Sequence record: NC_055895.1
Source: an uncultured phage cr7_1
Reading direction: 5' to 3' (one strand)
Length of the DNA: 40,000 nt
The first letter of the stretch is position 1, and each line of letters begins with the position of its first letter. The notes under the pieces were generated by a model that was not told the DNA's origin, made no database searches, and was given only the letters and a program-made list of their open reading frames with translations. The position numbers and the translations under genes were made by a program. Shown piece after piece: positions 25,139 to 35,280 of this stretch.

Positions 25139-27049
25139 ATGATAGTAAAGGAAAGACCAGTAGTTCTATATGACATAGAAGTTTTTCCAAACTGTTTTCA
25201 TTGTACTTGTAAAGATTCAGAGAGTCATAAACTATATAAATTCGAGATATCCTGTCGTAAAAATCAACTAGAAGAACTAGTTGACTTCTTCTACACAAAC
25301 AGAACTGATCATATAATGTGCGGCTACAACAATAAGCATTATGATGACATAATCATAAGTTACATTATACATTTCTGTAGTAGAATGAAGCGACTAGGAT
25401 ACTCGAGAATTTGTAGTTCTCTCTACTATCTTAGTAAAGAAATAATAAGTTCGGAAAAAACAGGAAATATTGATAAGATTAAAGTGTACAAGTATTCAAA
25501 CTACTTCTATTCATTTGATCTTATGTTGATGCTCTATAGTGCCAAACAGCAAAAAAGCTTAAAAGAAATAGAAATACTCTTACATATGCCAAATGTACAA
25601 GAGTATGAAGGAAGCTTTGATCTGCAGATCCAAGAATGTGATATTGACGCTATGATAGAGTATAATGTGAACGACGTAGAAGCTACTGAGACTTTGCTTA
25701 ATAAAGTAAAAGAAGATGTAGAACTACGTATTGAAGTGGAAAAAGAATGGGGGTTTGATGCACTGTCGATGAGTGGTGTACGATTTGGAGAAGAAGTACT
25801 CTTGCGAAAGACTTTAGACATTACCAACACAACAAAAGACGAGCTAAAAACTCGTGTTCGAAAAGTCGGAAACATTCGCCTAGGTGACATCATACTCCCA
25901 TTTATACAATATTCTAATCCAAAGTTGAAAGAAGTCTTATTGGATGTAAAAAATGCTACTTGCAATGCAAGTAAGTCTGATAAGAAACAAGAAAACTATG
26001 AGAAGAAGTTTGTTCTCTCAAACATTTGCTACTCTATAGGTGAAGGTGGTATACACACCATAAACGAACCTAGAGTCTACAAACCTACAGCTGAACAGTT
26101 TATAGGACACTCCGACGTTACGTCTATGTATCCTTCGTTAGCCATTATAAACAATTGGCTTCCGGTTCACTTAGGAGAAGATTTTTGGAATGTGTACAGC
26201 GCTCTATACAAGGAGCGCTTGGCTGCCAAACGTAATGGAGAGTTATTAAAGTCTAAGGCATTTAAACAGGCTCTTAATGCTCTTACAGGAAAGATGCAAC
26301 AAGAAAGTAGCTGGGCTTATGATCCACTTAACGTATACAAGATACGTATAAATGGGCAACTTATACTACTTATGTTAGTGGATAGGCTTCTAGAATTGAA
26401 TTGTAAGATTGTACAAGTCAATACAGATGGTGTCGTCTACATTGCCGACAAATCCGCCCGCTTCGCAATAGCCGATGCAATTAAGGAAGTTGAGCAATTA
26501 ACCCAGTTAACATTCGAATCCGATGATTACGAGTCGTTTTATCAGTACGACGTGAACAATTACTTTGGTGTTCGCAAAGGATATTCCCAATCTGGAGATC
26601 CAAGACTGATAGAAAAGAAAGGCAAGTTTATCACAGAAATTGGTCTTAACAACAGCATGACACCAGTTGTTATCTCCAAAGCTGTGATAAACTATTTTTT
26701 GAACAATGAACCGATAGACAAGTTTATTAAGAAGGATAGAGATGTCCGTGATTTCTTGATGTCACAAAGCGTAAACAAGGAATCAAAAGTTGAATATGGA
26801 GGAAAACAGATTCAACGTATTAATAGATATTACGCGTCAAGCAGTGGCTATTATCTTATGAGAATTAAGGACAAAATGTACGAAAATCGTTCTGAAACAA
26901 AAATAACAGAATATGGAGTACGAATTCTTAACAAGATAGATGCCACACCAATAGAGAAACGTCATCTGGATTACCAATACTACATTAGCAAAGCAAAAAA
27001 GATAGCTAGTGAGTTTGTTAATCGCCAGTTGACAATATTCGATGATTAA
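25139..27049 (+). CDS. DNA polymerase, family B
   Basis: Exo-like VVLYDIEVFPNCF, motif A DVTSMYPS, motif B KQALNALTGKM, motif C VQVNTDGVVY. No in-frame TAG. Confidence 0.92.
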   Translation: MIVKERPVVLYDIEVFPNCFHCTCKDSESHKLYKFEISCRKNQLEELVDFFYTNRTDHIMCGYNNKHYDDIIISYIIHFCSRMKRLGYSRICSSLYYLSKEIISSEKTGNIDKIKVYKYSNYFYSFDLMLMLYSAKQQKSLKEIEILLHMPNVQEYEGSFDLQIQECDIDAMIEYNVNDVEATETLLNKVKEDVELRIEVEKEWGFDALSMSGVRFGEEVLLRKTLDITNTTKDELKTRVRKVGNIRLGDIILPFIQYSNPKLKEVLLDVKNATCNASKSDKKQENYEKKFVLSNICYSIGEGGIHTINEPRVYKPTAEQFIGHSDVTSMYPSLAIINNWLPVHLGEDFWNVYSALYKERLAAKRNGELLKSKAFKQALNALTGKMQQESSWAYDPLNVYKIRINGQLILLMLVDRLLELNCKIVQVNTDGVVYIADKSARFAIADAIKEVEQLTQLTFESDDYESFYQYDVNNYFGVRKGYSQSGDPRLIEKKGKFITEIGLNNSMTPVVISKAVINYFLNNEPIDKFIKKDRDVRDFLMSQSVNKESKVEYGGKQIQRINRYYASSSGYYLMRIKDKMYENRSETKITEYGVRILNKIDATPIEKRHLDYQYYISKAKKIASEFVNRQLTIFDD

Positions 27050-27070
27050 TCGTTTATCAACGTATATAAG

Positions 27071-27637
27071 ATGATTATTGAACTAAACACAAAACTCCTG
27101 GACATTCCAGGACTAAATTCAAATCAATTAATATTCCTAAGTTTGGTATTGGATAAGAATCAAAAAACCTATAATCAAGACGTCCGCAAAATTGTCAGCC
27201 TAGTTAGCGACGAAGAAATATCAAACTTAATTTCTCAGGGACTTATTACCTCGATCGAGAGAGGTAAGTCAATTACATATCATGCAACAGATACGCTTAA
27301 GGATATAGTTCGACCTAAACAGGACTATTTCGATCTGTTTTATGAAATGTACCCAATATACGTTCTACGACCAGATGGCACCAAAAACTATCTGAGAGCC
27401 AACGTTAACAAGTGTAGACATTTATTTAATGTTTATGTAGGTCAAAGCGAAGCTATGGCTCAACATCTTATTCAGTGTCTCGACTTCGAAATGAAGAAAA
27501 AGACTAACGAGGGTAAACTAAGTTATATGAAGACGATGTGGAGATGGCTCGTAGACCATCAATGGGAAGAATCTGAGGAAGAAATGCAAGACAACTCTAA
27601 AATTGAGGAATCGACTTATGGAACAGAACTTATCTAA
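27071..27637 (+). CDS. hypothetical protein (188 aa)
   Basis: Full ORF between polymerase and helicase. Confidence 0.75.
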   Translation: MIIELNTKLLDIPGLNSNQLIFLSLVLDKNQKTYNQDVRKIVSLVSDEEISNLISQGLITSIERGKSITYHATDTLKDIVRPKQDYFDLFYEMYPIYVLRPDGTKNYLRANVNKCRHLFNVYVGQSEAMAQHLIQCLDFEMKKKTNEGKLSYMKTMWRWLVDHQWEESEEEMQDNSKIEESTYGTELI

Positions 27638-28544
27638 TCTTATAAGACCAATGTCAGTTGTAGCCCAAGAGGCAATAAACTACATATCTGGTCGTAGAGA
27701 TCACTCTATAACATCTCTAAAGACTAGATGGACTAAGTTTAATAAGCAGTGTATGGGAGGTATTGAACCTAATACCGTTTATACCATAGCTGGTATTTCA
27801 GGAAGTGGTAAGAGCTCATTCGCAAATGAGATCTCAACTGATATTGTTGATTTGAATCCTGGTGAAGAAATAGTAATTCTGATTTTCTCGTTAGAGATGG
27901 TTGGATTTAGGCAAGTTGGAAGAACGCTTTCTAGTAAGCTTAGGAAAACGACTTCGACTTTGTATAGTTCGGAAACGGACCTAGATGACGATACCTTCAG
28001 AAAAGTCATCTCAGTATCTAATCAACTAAAGGAGTATCCTATATGGTTTGTAGATAACCCTACAACTCCCAAAGAAGCAGAAGATATTATTAAGTATTTC
28101 TATAATACATACATAAAGGGTACCGATAAACATTTTGTGATAATGTACGACCATGCTCTATTGACGAAGCCGATAGGCAGCGTTATAGAAACCATGCAGG
28201 AACTCGAAAGAGTTTTCATAAGTGCTAAAAAGTACCCTATGACATCAGTGTTACAACTAGCACAGATGAATAGAAATATTGAATCACCAGAAAGAATAAA
28301 CAATTCTTTGTCGCATTATCCTATGAGAAGCGACATTTCATCTGCTGATGCTTTATTTCAAGCTAGCGATTATGTTATAGTTATTCATAGGCCTGAAATT
28401 CTTGGAATACAAGAATACGGCCCGAGCCATTTACCTACTCAGAACAAGGTGTATCTACACATCTTGAAGAATCGAGACGCAGGAAAGCCCTGCATACTTG
28501 AATTCCAGAATGACTTAGCGTATAACAACTTGATAGAAAGTTAA
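27603..28544 (+). CDS. DnaB-like replicative helicase
   Basis: Walker A GISGSGKSS, IVILIFSLEM, HFVIMYDHALL and MTSVLQLAQMNR motifs typical of DnaB/RecA-fold helicases. Confidence 0.88.
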   Translation: MRNRLMEQNLSNLIRPMSVVAQEAINYISGRRDHSITSLKTRWTKFNKQCMGGIEPNTVYTIAGISGSGKSSFANEISTDIVDLNPGEEIVILIFSLEMVGFRQVGRTLSSKLRKTTSTLYSSETDLDDDTFRKVISVSNQLKEYPIWFVDNPTTPKEAEDIIKYFYNTYIKGTDKHFVIMYDHALLTKPIGSVIETMQELERVFISAKKYPMTSVLQLAQMNRNIESPERINNSLSHYPMRSDISSADALFQASDYVIVIHRPEILGIQEYGPSHLPTQNKVYLHILKNRDAGKPCILEFQNDLAYNNLIES

Positions 28545-28567
28545 GCAATTAAAATTTAGGCTGAATT

Positions 28568-29023
28568 ATGACAACATACGATATTAAGTTTACTGACAAC
28601 AACATTAAGAACACTAACAATGGTAACATTTATTCTCAGATTCTCGACGATATTATTCTTTCTACTGTAAAGAAGAACAACTCTTATTTGTTTAACACAA
28701 AGAAGGAGGATGACGATCTGATTGATGCCATGTTCGACGAGTTGGATCATACTTATATCTACAAGCCTCTGAAGGGCGACACTTTGTTCGCAAAGGCTTG
28801 TGATATTCTTGCTAACTATGGCAAGAAGAAGAGTATTATGAAGGGTATTAAGTTCGGTAAGATTTACCGTCTTGAGAATGGTCTCCCTGTCATTTTCTAC
28901 AATGATGAGATTCAGATTGGTACCGACATTTATAGTTACTCTGATTTTAGTGATTACAACTTCATCTCTTCACTTAGTCCAGAGATTAAGAAGACAATCA
29001 TTAATATTAACATTAAGCTTTAA
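28568..29023 (+). CDS. hypothetical protein (151 aa)
   Basis: Full ORF MTTYDIKFTDNNIKNTNNGNIYSQ... Confidence 0.75.
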   Translation: MTTYDIKFTDNNIKNTNNGNIYSQILDDIILSTVKKNNSYLFNTKKEDDDLIDAMFDELDHTYIYKPLKGDTLFAKACDILANYGKKKSIMKGIKFGKIYRLENGLPVIFYNDEIQIGTDIYSYSDFSDYNFISSLSPEIKKTIININIKL

Positions 29024-29048
29024 TTAAAACTTTTAGTATCATTGTATC

Positions 29049-29789
29049 ATGAGTTTAACATTACCTACTAGTAAAATTCCTGCAGTTTCTGAAAATCCTA
29101 GATATCTTATACTCTATGGTCTTCCAAAGGCTGGTAAGACATCTTGTCTTGCACAGCTGGATAATAACCTTATCATAGACCTTGAGGGAGGCTCTGTCTT
29201 CGTTGATGCGATGGCCATCCAGTGTCGTACGATCAACGATTTAGGAGAAGCAGCAAGTGCCATTCGTGCCAAGAATAAAGAAGTAGGTCATAATTTCTAT
29301 AAGCATATCACTATCGATAATGCTACACGACTTGAGGATATTTGTATGAGCTATGCTTGTACACTCTATCGACAAACTCCAATGGGTAAGAAGTGGGACG
29401 GCACAGACGTAACCACATTACCTAACGGTGCTGGATATAAGTATCTTAGAGACGCAGTAAAGAAGGTAGTTGATATGTTCCGAGATTTGTGTGACGAATT
29501 TATTCTTGTAGGTCACGTTAAAGACACCGTAACTGAAAAGGATGGTGTTGAAGTTTCTGCAAAAGAGCTCGACTTAGTTGGTAAGCTGAGTAAAATCGTG
29601 TGTGGATTAGCCGATGCGGTTGGTTATGTATATCGCAAAGGAAATGAAACGCATATATCCTTTAAAGGTGGTACATCTGATACCATCATGGAGGCTCGTG
29701 CAAGACACATAGCCGGAAAGGATATCGTTATTGCAGAAGGTAATGAAGATGGGACACTTACAACGCATTGGGATAGAATATTTAAGTAA
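29049..29789 (+). CDS. phage nucleotide-binding/Sak4-like RecA-fold ATPase
   Basis: Walker A ILYGLPKAGKTSCL, Walker B-like NLIIDLEGG, CDEFILVGHVKD. Confidence 0.85.
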   Translation: MSLTLPTSKIPAVSENPRYLILYGLPKAGKTSCLAQLDNNLIIDLEGGSVFVDAMAIQCRTINDLGEAASAIRAKNKEVGHNFYKHITIDNATRLEDICMSYACTLYRQTPMGKKWDGTDVTTLPNGAGYKYLRDAVKKVVDMFRDLCDEFILVGHVKDTVTEKDGVEVSAKELDLVGKLSKIVCGLADAVGYVYRKGNETHISFKGGTSDTIMEARARHIAGKDIVIAEGNEDGTLTTHWDRIFK

Positions 29790-29879
29790 ATTGATATATC
29801 GATCTATTCGATCAGTAGCATACTATGCTGAGAATAAACTTGATATGTTAGCATTACGTATATTAAAATAATAGAGATT

Positions 29880-30485
29880 ATGTTTAGTACAAAGACAGCC
29901 GCAATTAGCAACGAAGAATTTAGTAATAGTAGTTATATGCCAGTAGGCATCAATCAGAATGTCACTCTTAAAGAGGTAAACTGCAACAAGTCTCCTCAGG
30001 GTCTCGATTTCCTCGAGATCGTATTTGAGAATGAGGATGGTCAGACAGCTACTATGACAGAGTGGAAGAATACAAAGGGAATGTATATTAAGACAGACGA
30101 AGACTTGCAGAAGCGTGATAATGCTAAGTTTGGACGAGTTTGTCAGATTCTTGATTGTTTCTACCCACAGAGACCAGATGCAGAGCTTTCTACATTCAAG
30201 GAGATGATTGACTGGACAAAGCAGATGCTTGACCCTATGATTGCTACCAAGAAAAAGCTCCGTTTGAAGGTTATCTATGACAAGAAGGGCTATACTCAAG
30301 TAAGTAAGCTCGGAATCTTCGTTGAAGACATGTCTAATACAGATTCGCAGATTAAGCTCTTTAAGAACGATCTTATGGAGCGACCAGTTGTTGCAGATAA
30401 GGAGAACAACGATCCGCTTAACATGCCACCAACCGTTACTCCGGAAACTGCGAATGCAGAAGGCGCATCAGATCTTCCCTTTTAA
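29880..30485 (+). CDS. single-stranded DNA-binding-like protein
   Basis: Position in the replication cluster and an SSB-type C-terminal tip ...EGASDLPF; TAA stop. Confidence 0.65.
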   Translation: MFSTKTAAISNEEFSNSSYMPVGINQNVTLKEVNCNKSPQGLDFLEIVFENEDGQTATMTEWKNTKGMYIKTDEDLQKRDNAKFGRVCQILDCFYPQRPDAELSTFKEMIDWTKQMLDPMIATKKKLRLKVIYDKKGYTQVSKLGIFVEDMSNTDSQIKLFKNDLMERPVVADKENNDPLNMPPTVTPETANAEGASDLPF

Positions 30486-30489
30486 GGGG

Positions 30490-31104
30490 TTTACGCCTGA
30501 AGAAATAAAAATACTACTTGATTGTATGAAATCCGGTAAATGGTTCTTATACTGTTTACATAGCAGGAGTGCCAAACTATACAACAAGTGGATACACCCC
30601 AGGGAGGTAATACTGCCATGAAAGGGTGTTGGTGGAGCTAGGTAATTCAGTTACCCTTTGGAGGTGAAATGCCTCCAATAAGGCTCGCAGGGTGTCGTGA
30701 GACACAAGCATGGACGTATGCGAAAACAGATCCAAATCGACGTTTTAATCATGTTTTGTTATATAGACAAAAAGTCCAGTAGGGTTCGAATCCCTACAAA
30801 GCCACAACATTTCTGATGATAAGAAGAGCTACAGCTTGTGAAAGTAATAGCTCTGTCCGCCTGTGAAGGCCGATATTATCTATGATGCACAGTTTACCTG
30901 GCATCAGATTTCATACGCGTGTACGCTACGTAAGTGCGGGTTTGAATAACCTAAAGTCCGAGCTTAGCATCTCCGTAAACTGCTATACGTCCGTCAACGT
31001 AGACCTGAGCATGTCATTAAACTGCTCATTTTTATAAGGGCGTGATGAAGGAAAGATCTAATATAGAAATATATAGCCACAGTTCGAGGCTGTGGGCGCC
31101 CACT
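30490..31104 (+). ncRNA. structured intergenic RNA locus with two T-loop elements
   Basis: GTGTC-GTGA-GACAC, AGAGCTA/TAGCTCT, CAGTTTAC/GTAAACTG, GAGCA/TGCTC, GTAGGG-TTCGAAT-CCCTAC, CCACAG-TTCGAGG-CTGTGG. Confidence 0.55.
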
Positions 31105-31116
31105 AACTTATAAATT

Positions 31117-32088
31117 ATGTATAGTACTAGAACAGCGATTACTATGTCCTTGAAAGATATCTTGGACAAAGTAAATGATTTAGACATCTATACGTATTGT
31201 TTAGGACAATTTAAAGTTGGAAAACTTATGAATAGTCCTTTAAGGTCTGGAGATAAGAATCCTTCATTTGGAATATTTCATTCTAAAACAGGAGGGTTAT
31301 TATGGAAAGATCTTGGAACTGGAGAATGCGGAAACTCTCTGAAGTTCCTAAAAGAATACAAAGGTATAACGACTAGAGAAGAGCTTGAACGAGAATTATT
31401 GAGAATCGTACGCAGAATAAATCCTAATACAATCGCAAGGACAAATACGTACGATAAACCGAAAGGAGATACCGATATCGGAATAGTTCGACAGCCGTTT
31501 ACCAATGTAGACAAACAGTACTGGAAACAGTTCGGAATACATATTGATACACTAAAAAAGTTCAATGTGTTTAGCATTAAATACTTTCTTTGTAATAGTA
31601 TCGTCCGAAGTATCTACAAAGAAAATAGTCCTATGTATGCATATAAAGTGTATGATAAGTTTAAGATTTATCGTCCACTTGCTTCCAAGTTTACTAAATG
31701 GCGTACCAATCTGACGAATCGGCACGTACAGGGATTATCCGAATTGCCTAAGGAAGGAGGCGACCTACTCATAATAACAAAATCACTGAAAGATGTGATG
31801 TGTTGCTACGAGATGGGTTTTAATGCAATAGCTGCTGCTAGCGAAACTGTGTTTATACCTGAAGACATACTCAGGTCTCTACGTTCCAAATGGAAACATA
31901 TAGTTATACTGTATGATAGAGATCAAACCGGTATGCTTAAGGCTAGACAATATAGTAAGCAATACAAAATAGATGCTTTTTTCATTAATAAAAAATTTAA
32001 AGCCAAAGATCTATCAGATGCTGTTCGTGACAACGGATTTAGCACCATGAAAGACTGGTTAACAAAAACGTTACAGAAATATGATTGA
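31117..32088 (+). CDS. DnaG-like primase (TOPRIM)
   Basis: SPLRSGDKNPSFGIF, LLIITKSLKDVMC and HIVILYDRDQTGMLKA motifs. Confidence 0.88.
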   Translation: MYSTRTAITMSLKDILDKVNDLDIYTYCLGQFKVGKLMNSPLRSGDKNPSFGIFHSKTGGLLWKDLGTGECGNSLKFLKEYKGITTREELERELLRIVRRINPNTIARTNTYDKPKGDTDIGIVRQPFTNVDKQYWKQFGIHIDTLKKFNVFSIKYFLCNSIVRSIYKENSPMYAYKVYDKFKIYRPLASKFTKWRTNLTNRHVQGLSELPKEGGDLLIITKSLKDVMCCYEMGFNAIAAASETVFIPEDILRSLRSKWKHIVILYDRDQTGMLKARQYSKQYKIDAFFINKKFKAKDLSDAVRDNGFSTMKDWLTKTLQKYD

Positions 32089-32395
32089 TGTAGTAATAGG
32101 ATGCCTATTAGGTGTGCTGGGAGGTGCAGTAATGTCTCCTCTATTGCATAAATGGCTTACAAAGAAGCTGACTAAGAAAATTCGTCTCGACAAAGGTGGA
32201 TTTATGCGTATTTATCTTCCAAATAAATTGCAGATGACTATCTGGGATAGTTATAGTGATGATGGATGTATATGCGTATGTGTTCATCGTGGAGGTGAAC
32301 AAAAAGAAACTGATGGCGAAATTGTCTATTTTAATAGAACTTCTGTATCCAAAATAAGGGGAAAGAATTTTTATTATGATAGGCAAGAAATCTAA
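32081..32395 (+). CDS. small membrane-anchored protein (104 aa)
   Basis: N-terminal hydrophobic segment MIDVVIGCLLGVLGGAVMSPLLHKW. Confidence 0.65.
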   Translation: MIDVVIGCLLGVLGGAVMSPLLHKWLTKKLTKKIRLDKGGFMRIYLPNKLQMTIWDSYSDDGCICVCVHRGGEQKETDGEIVYFNRTSVSKIRGKNFYYDRQEI

Positions 32396-32774
32396 AAAGA
32401 AATCCAAAGGCAGAGTACGGAATGCGACGAAAGTCGATAAGTATGGTCTCCATTTTAGGAGTAAACTCGAATGCTATACTTATGAAGCTTTTATGAAAGC
32501 TGGAATACCAGTTAAATATGAGCCAAAGCATTTCGTATTACTGGATAAATTCGAGTATTTAGGTGAAAAAATAAGACCTCTAACATACCTACCTGACTTC
32601 ATTGGAAATGGGTTTGTAGTAGAATGCAAAGGTCTTATGGGAGATTCATTCCCTCTTAGATGGAAATTGTTTAAGCATTATCTTAAGCGACATCGAAGTA
32701 AAATGAAATGTTATCTCGTACGTAACCATGAACAGGTAGACGAGATGATAGAAGAGATAAAAACCAATATTTGA
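32376..32774 (+). CDS. DUF1064-like PD-(D/E)XK endonuclease family protein
   Basis: DKYGLHFRSKLECYTYEAFMKAG...YLPDFIGNGFVVECKG core (E..., D-x(n)-ExK). Confidence 0.75.
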   Translation: MIGKKSKKKSKGRVRNATKVDKYGLHFRSKLECYTYEAFMKAGIPVKYEPKHFVLLDKFEYLGEKIRPLTYLPDFIGNGFVVECKGLMGDSFPLRWKLFKHYLKRHRSKMKCYLVRNHEQVDEMIEEIKTNI

Positions 32775-33688
32775 GTATTATAATATCAGTAAATATGGAA
32801 AAGAAATTTTTGAAAGTAGGTAATAATATAAACTTTAAGTTTAACACAGATGGTCTTGAGTATGATTTGATTCCAGGAACAGTTTACAATATTATTGTAG
32901 ACCGTTATACTGACACCGTATCACTACAAGAGTCTGGTAAGTTACCTTTGCCTTCTAAGGTATATTGTACATCGCGTGATGAACGTTTCATAGACAAAGT
33001 TGTTAATAGTTATAACCTGTCTGAGAGCGGATTTACTGGTGTAATGCTTGCAGGATTGAAGGGATCAGGAAAGACCGTAATGGCTAAGATGATTGCCAAT
33101 AAGAGCGGTCTTCCAATTGTGAACATAGACAAAAACATACGTCCACATATCCTTCGAAATATTGTAGAGATGCTCGGTGACACAAGTGTTTGCTTCTTGT
33201 TTGATGAGCTTGACAAAGTTCTTGCAGATTACGATGATTCTTTCTTATTACAGGTATTGGATGGTTCTGATACTAAGGGTAAGCATATGATTTTGTTTAC
33301 ATGTAATGATGACAGTGAGATATCAGAGTATCTGATAGACCGTTGTTCTCGTATTCGCTATTGGCGTAAGTTTGAAGAAATGTCTCCATCTCTTATAATG
33401 GAGGTATTAAATGATAAGCTTAATGATAAGAAGGAAGTTAAATCTTTAACAGACTTTATTAAGGATAACTTCGAGGTATGTAGTTTTGATAACATTGTTT
33501 CTTTCGTAAAGGAAGCTAACAATTATCCTACTACGACATTCGAAGAATTGTTTGAGGATATGAACCTTTCTTCAAAAGATACTATAAAACCTCATGCTCG
33601 TTCTTATAAAGAGAACAATCATAAGAACGTTAAGAACAAATTAGCTTCAGATGATTTCTGTTGTGATTATTGTTGTGCAGGATGCTAA
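32771..33688 (+). CDS. AAA+ ATPase
   Basis: Walker A GLKGSGKTVMAK, Walker B VCFLFDELDKV, sensor ILFTCND, arginine-finger-like YLIDRCSRIRYWRKF. Confidence 0.9.
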   Translation: MSIIISVNMEKKFLKVGNNINFKFNTDGLEYDLIPGTVYNIIVDRYTDTVSLQESGKLPLPSKVYCTSRDERFIDKVVNSYNLSESGFTGVMLAGLKGSGKTVMAKMIANKSGLPIVNIDKNIRPHILRNIVEMLGDTSVCFLFDELDKVLADYDDSFLLQVLDGSDTKGKHMILFTCNDDSEISEYLIDRCSRIRYWRKFEEMSPSLIMEVLNDKLNDKKEVKSLTDFIKDNFEVCSFDNIVSFVKEANNYPTTTFEELFEDMNLSSKDTIKPHARSYKENNHKNVKNKLASDDFCCDYCCAGC

Positions 33689-34704
33689 TGGTTACACCAA
33701 AGTACAAAATACCGGAATACGACATTCCATACTACGAAGATAATACACGCATTAGCAATAGTGCGATAGGCTGGTTCTTGAATAAAGGGCCGGCCTATTT
33801 TCGTAATATGTTGGATGGTAAAGAGAAAGGCTTAGATTTACCACAGTTACGTAAAGGAACCATGATACATGAGTTCCTGCTTCAACCAGATCAGTTCTGG
33901 AATGATTACGTTCTGTTCGATGGCGACAAGCCTAAAAGTGCGCAAGCACAAAAGTTCTGTGAAAACTTAATAAATACCGTTGAAATAGAGCTAAGTAAAC
34001 AGCTCTCAGAAGCCTATCGCAAATCTTATAGTATAGTTGGCAAGAGCGAAGATAAAATCCTCTCAGAAGCGCTTAAAATAAGCGTAGAGTATAAGGATTA
34101 TATCGAAGCCTTAAAAACGAACAAGATACTTATATCTGAATACGATTTAAAGCAACTTGATACTATTAAGAATAATGTGCAAGCTCACAAATTAGCATGC
34201 ATATTGTTGCGAGAATCTGGAGAGTATGGCTTTACTCATATATATCATGAATTCCAAATAAATTGGGATTTTCATTTACCGTTTAAGTGCATTAAATGCA
34301 AATCTTTATTGGATAGTTGTACATTTGACTTTCAAAATAAAGTATGTACAATTATGGATATTAAGACTACAGCTAAATTATGGCATTTTGAAGACAGTAT
34401 GAAAGAATTTGATTACTGTAGGCAATTGTGCTTTTATAAGGATGCTGTATATTGGTATCTTGCAAATGTACTAGGAATAACTGATGAATTTGATAAATGG
34501 AGATTCGAGTTTTATATTATTGCTATTGATACAACAGGCAGTAATGAAATAAGAGTTTTCAGATTGGATCCATCTCAGGTTTGTTCTAGAAACGACGTAA
34601 TAAATGATACAATGACAGAAATAGCATGGCACATGGATAAAAATCTATGGGAACATGGTTATGAGTATTATGCTGGAGATGGTAGTGAAACTTTAAACCT
34701 ATGA
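33670..34704 (+). CDS. PD-(D/E)XK exonuclease (RecE/YqaJ-like)
   Basis: LRKGTMIHEFLL, CKSLLDSCTFD...CTIMDIKTTA (D-x-K) and YCRQLCFYKDAVYW motifs. Confidence 0.82.
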   Translation: MLCRMLMVTPKYKIPEYDIPYYEDNTRISNSAIGWFLNKGPAYFRNMLDGKEKGLDLPQLRKGTMIHEFLLQPDQFWNDYVLFDGDKPKSAQAQKFCENLINTVEIELSKQLSEAYRKSYSIVGKSEDKILSEALKISVEYKDYIEALKTNKILISEYDLKQLDTIKNNVQAHKLACILLRESGEYGFTHIYHEFQINWDFHLPFKCIKCKSLLDSCTFDFQNKVCTIMDIKTTAKLWHFEDSMKEFDYCRQLCFYKDAVYWYLANVLGITDEFDKWRFEFYIIAIDTTGSNEIRVFRLDPSQVCSRNDVINDTMTEIAWHMDKNLWEHGYEYYAGDGSETLNL

Positions 34705-34847
34705 GTAAAATGAAAAACGAAACTTTGAATGTTGAAGTGTTAGAAAACACATTTAATGTTATGAATCTTGAGAATACATTTAATGTAGACGATTTTGAGA
34801 ATTGTGCTACAGGTGAAGAATTAGAAGCAGCAATTTTGAATGTTTAA
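34701..34847 (+). CDS. small acidic protein with an internal repeat (48 aa)
   Basis: ATGA overlap; MSKMKNETLNVEVLENTFNVMNLENTFNVDDFENCATGEELEAAILNV. Confidence 0.55.
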   Translation: MSKMKNETLNVEVLENTFNVMNLENTFNVDDFENCATGEELEAAILNV

Positions 34848-35229
34848 TAAGGAGAAGTTTAAAAATAACTCTATATTTGTAGTTCCCTATATAATAACAA
34901 ATAGAGAATTATTAACTACAAATGCTCTTTATTCTTCAGAAATAGTTACAGTAGGAGAAAAGAAGTATATACGACTTCTTTATAATCCTATTTCTGTTGC
35001 ACAGCGTTATTGGATATACAAACAATCTGAGAGTGAATATTATTTTGACTCTAAGGTTGATGTAGAATCTAATAGTAAAGTTCTTCTTGAAGTTTTGTAC
35101 GAAATACCGAAAGCAAAAAAGGCTGAAGTATCTTGTATAGAACAAGGTGGATTTGATATTCTAACAAAGCAGAATGTAGTTGATAACGCAATATACTGGG
35201 GATACTATTCCCAAGAAGTTTTGAATTAG
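34840..35229 (+). CDS. hypothetical protein (129 aa)
   Basis: Full ORF; TAG stop. Confidence 0.7.
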   Translation: MFNKEKFKNNSIFVVPYIITNRELLTTNALYSSEIVTVGEKKYIRLLYNPISVAQRYWIYKQSESEYYFDSKVDVESNSKVLLEVLYEIPKAKKAEVSCIEQGGFDILTKQNVVDNAIYWGYYSQEVLN

Positions 35230-35240
35230 TGGATAAATAA

Positions 35241-35280
35241 ACCCCGGCCACTCGTGAGAGCAGTCGGGGTCTTTTTTATT
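35241..35280. terminator. terminator between convergent gene blocks
   Basis: ACCCCGGCCACTCGTGAGAGCAGTCGGGGT + T-run, between convergent blocks. The minus-strand late gene stop falls inside this region. Confidence 0.88.

Noticed and set aside
30812-30857. Second hammerhead look-alike CTGATGATAAGAAGAGCTACAGCTTGTGAAAG...CTGTC
   Set aside because: The helix would need A9 to pair, and the required C15.2-G16.2-type stem III next to GTC is absent (G opposite G). Likely chance.
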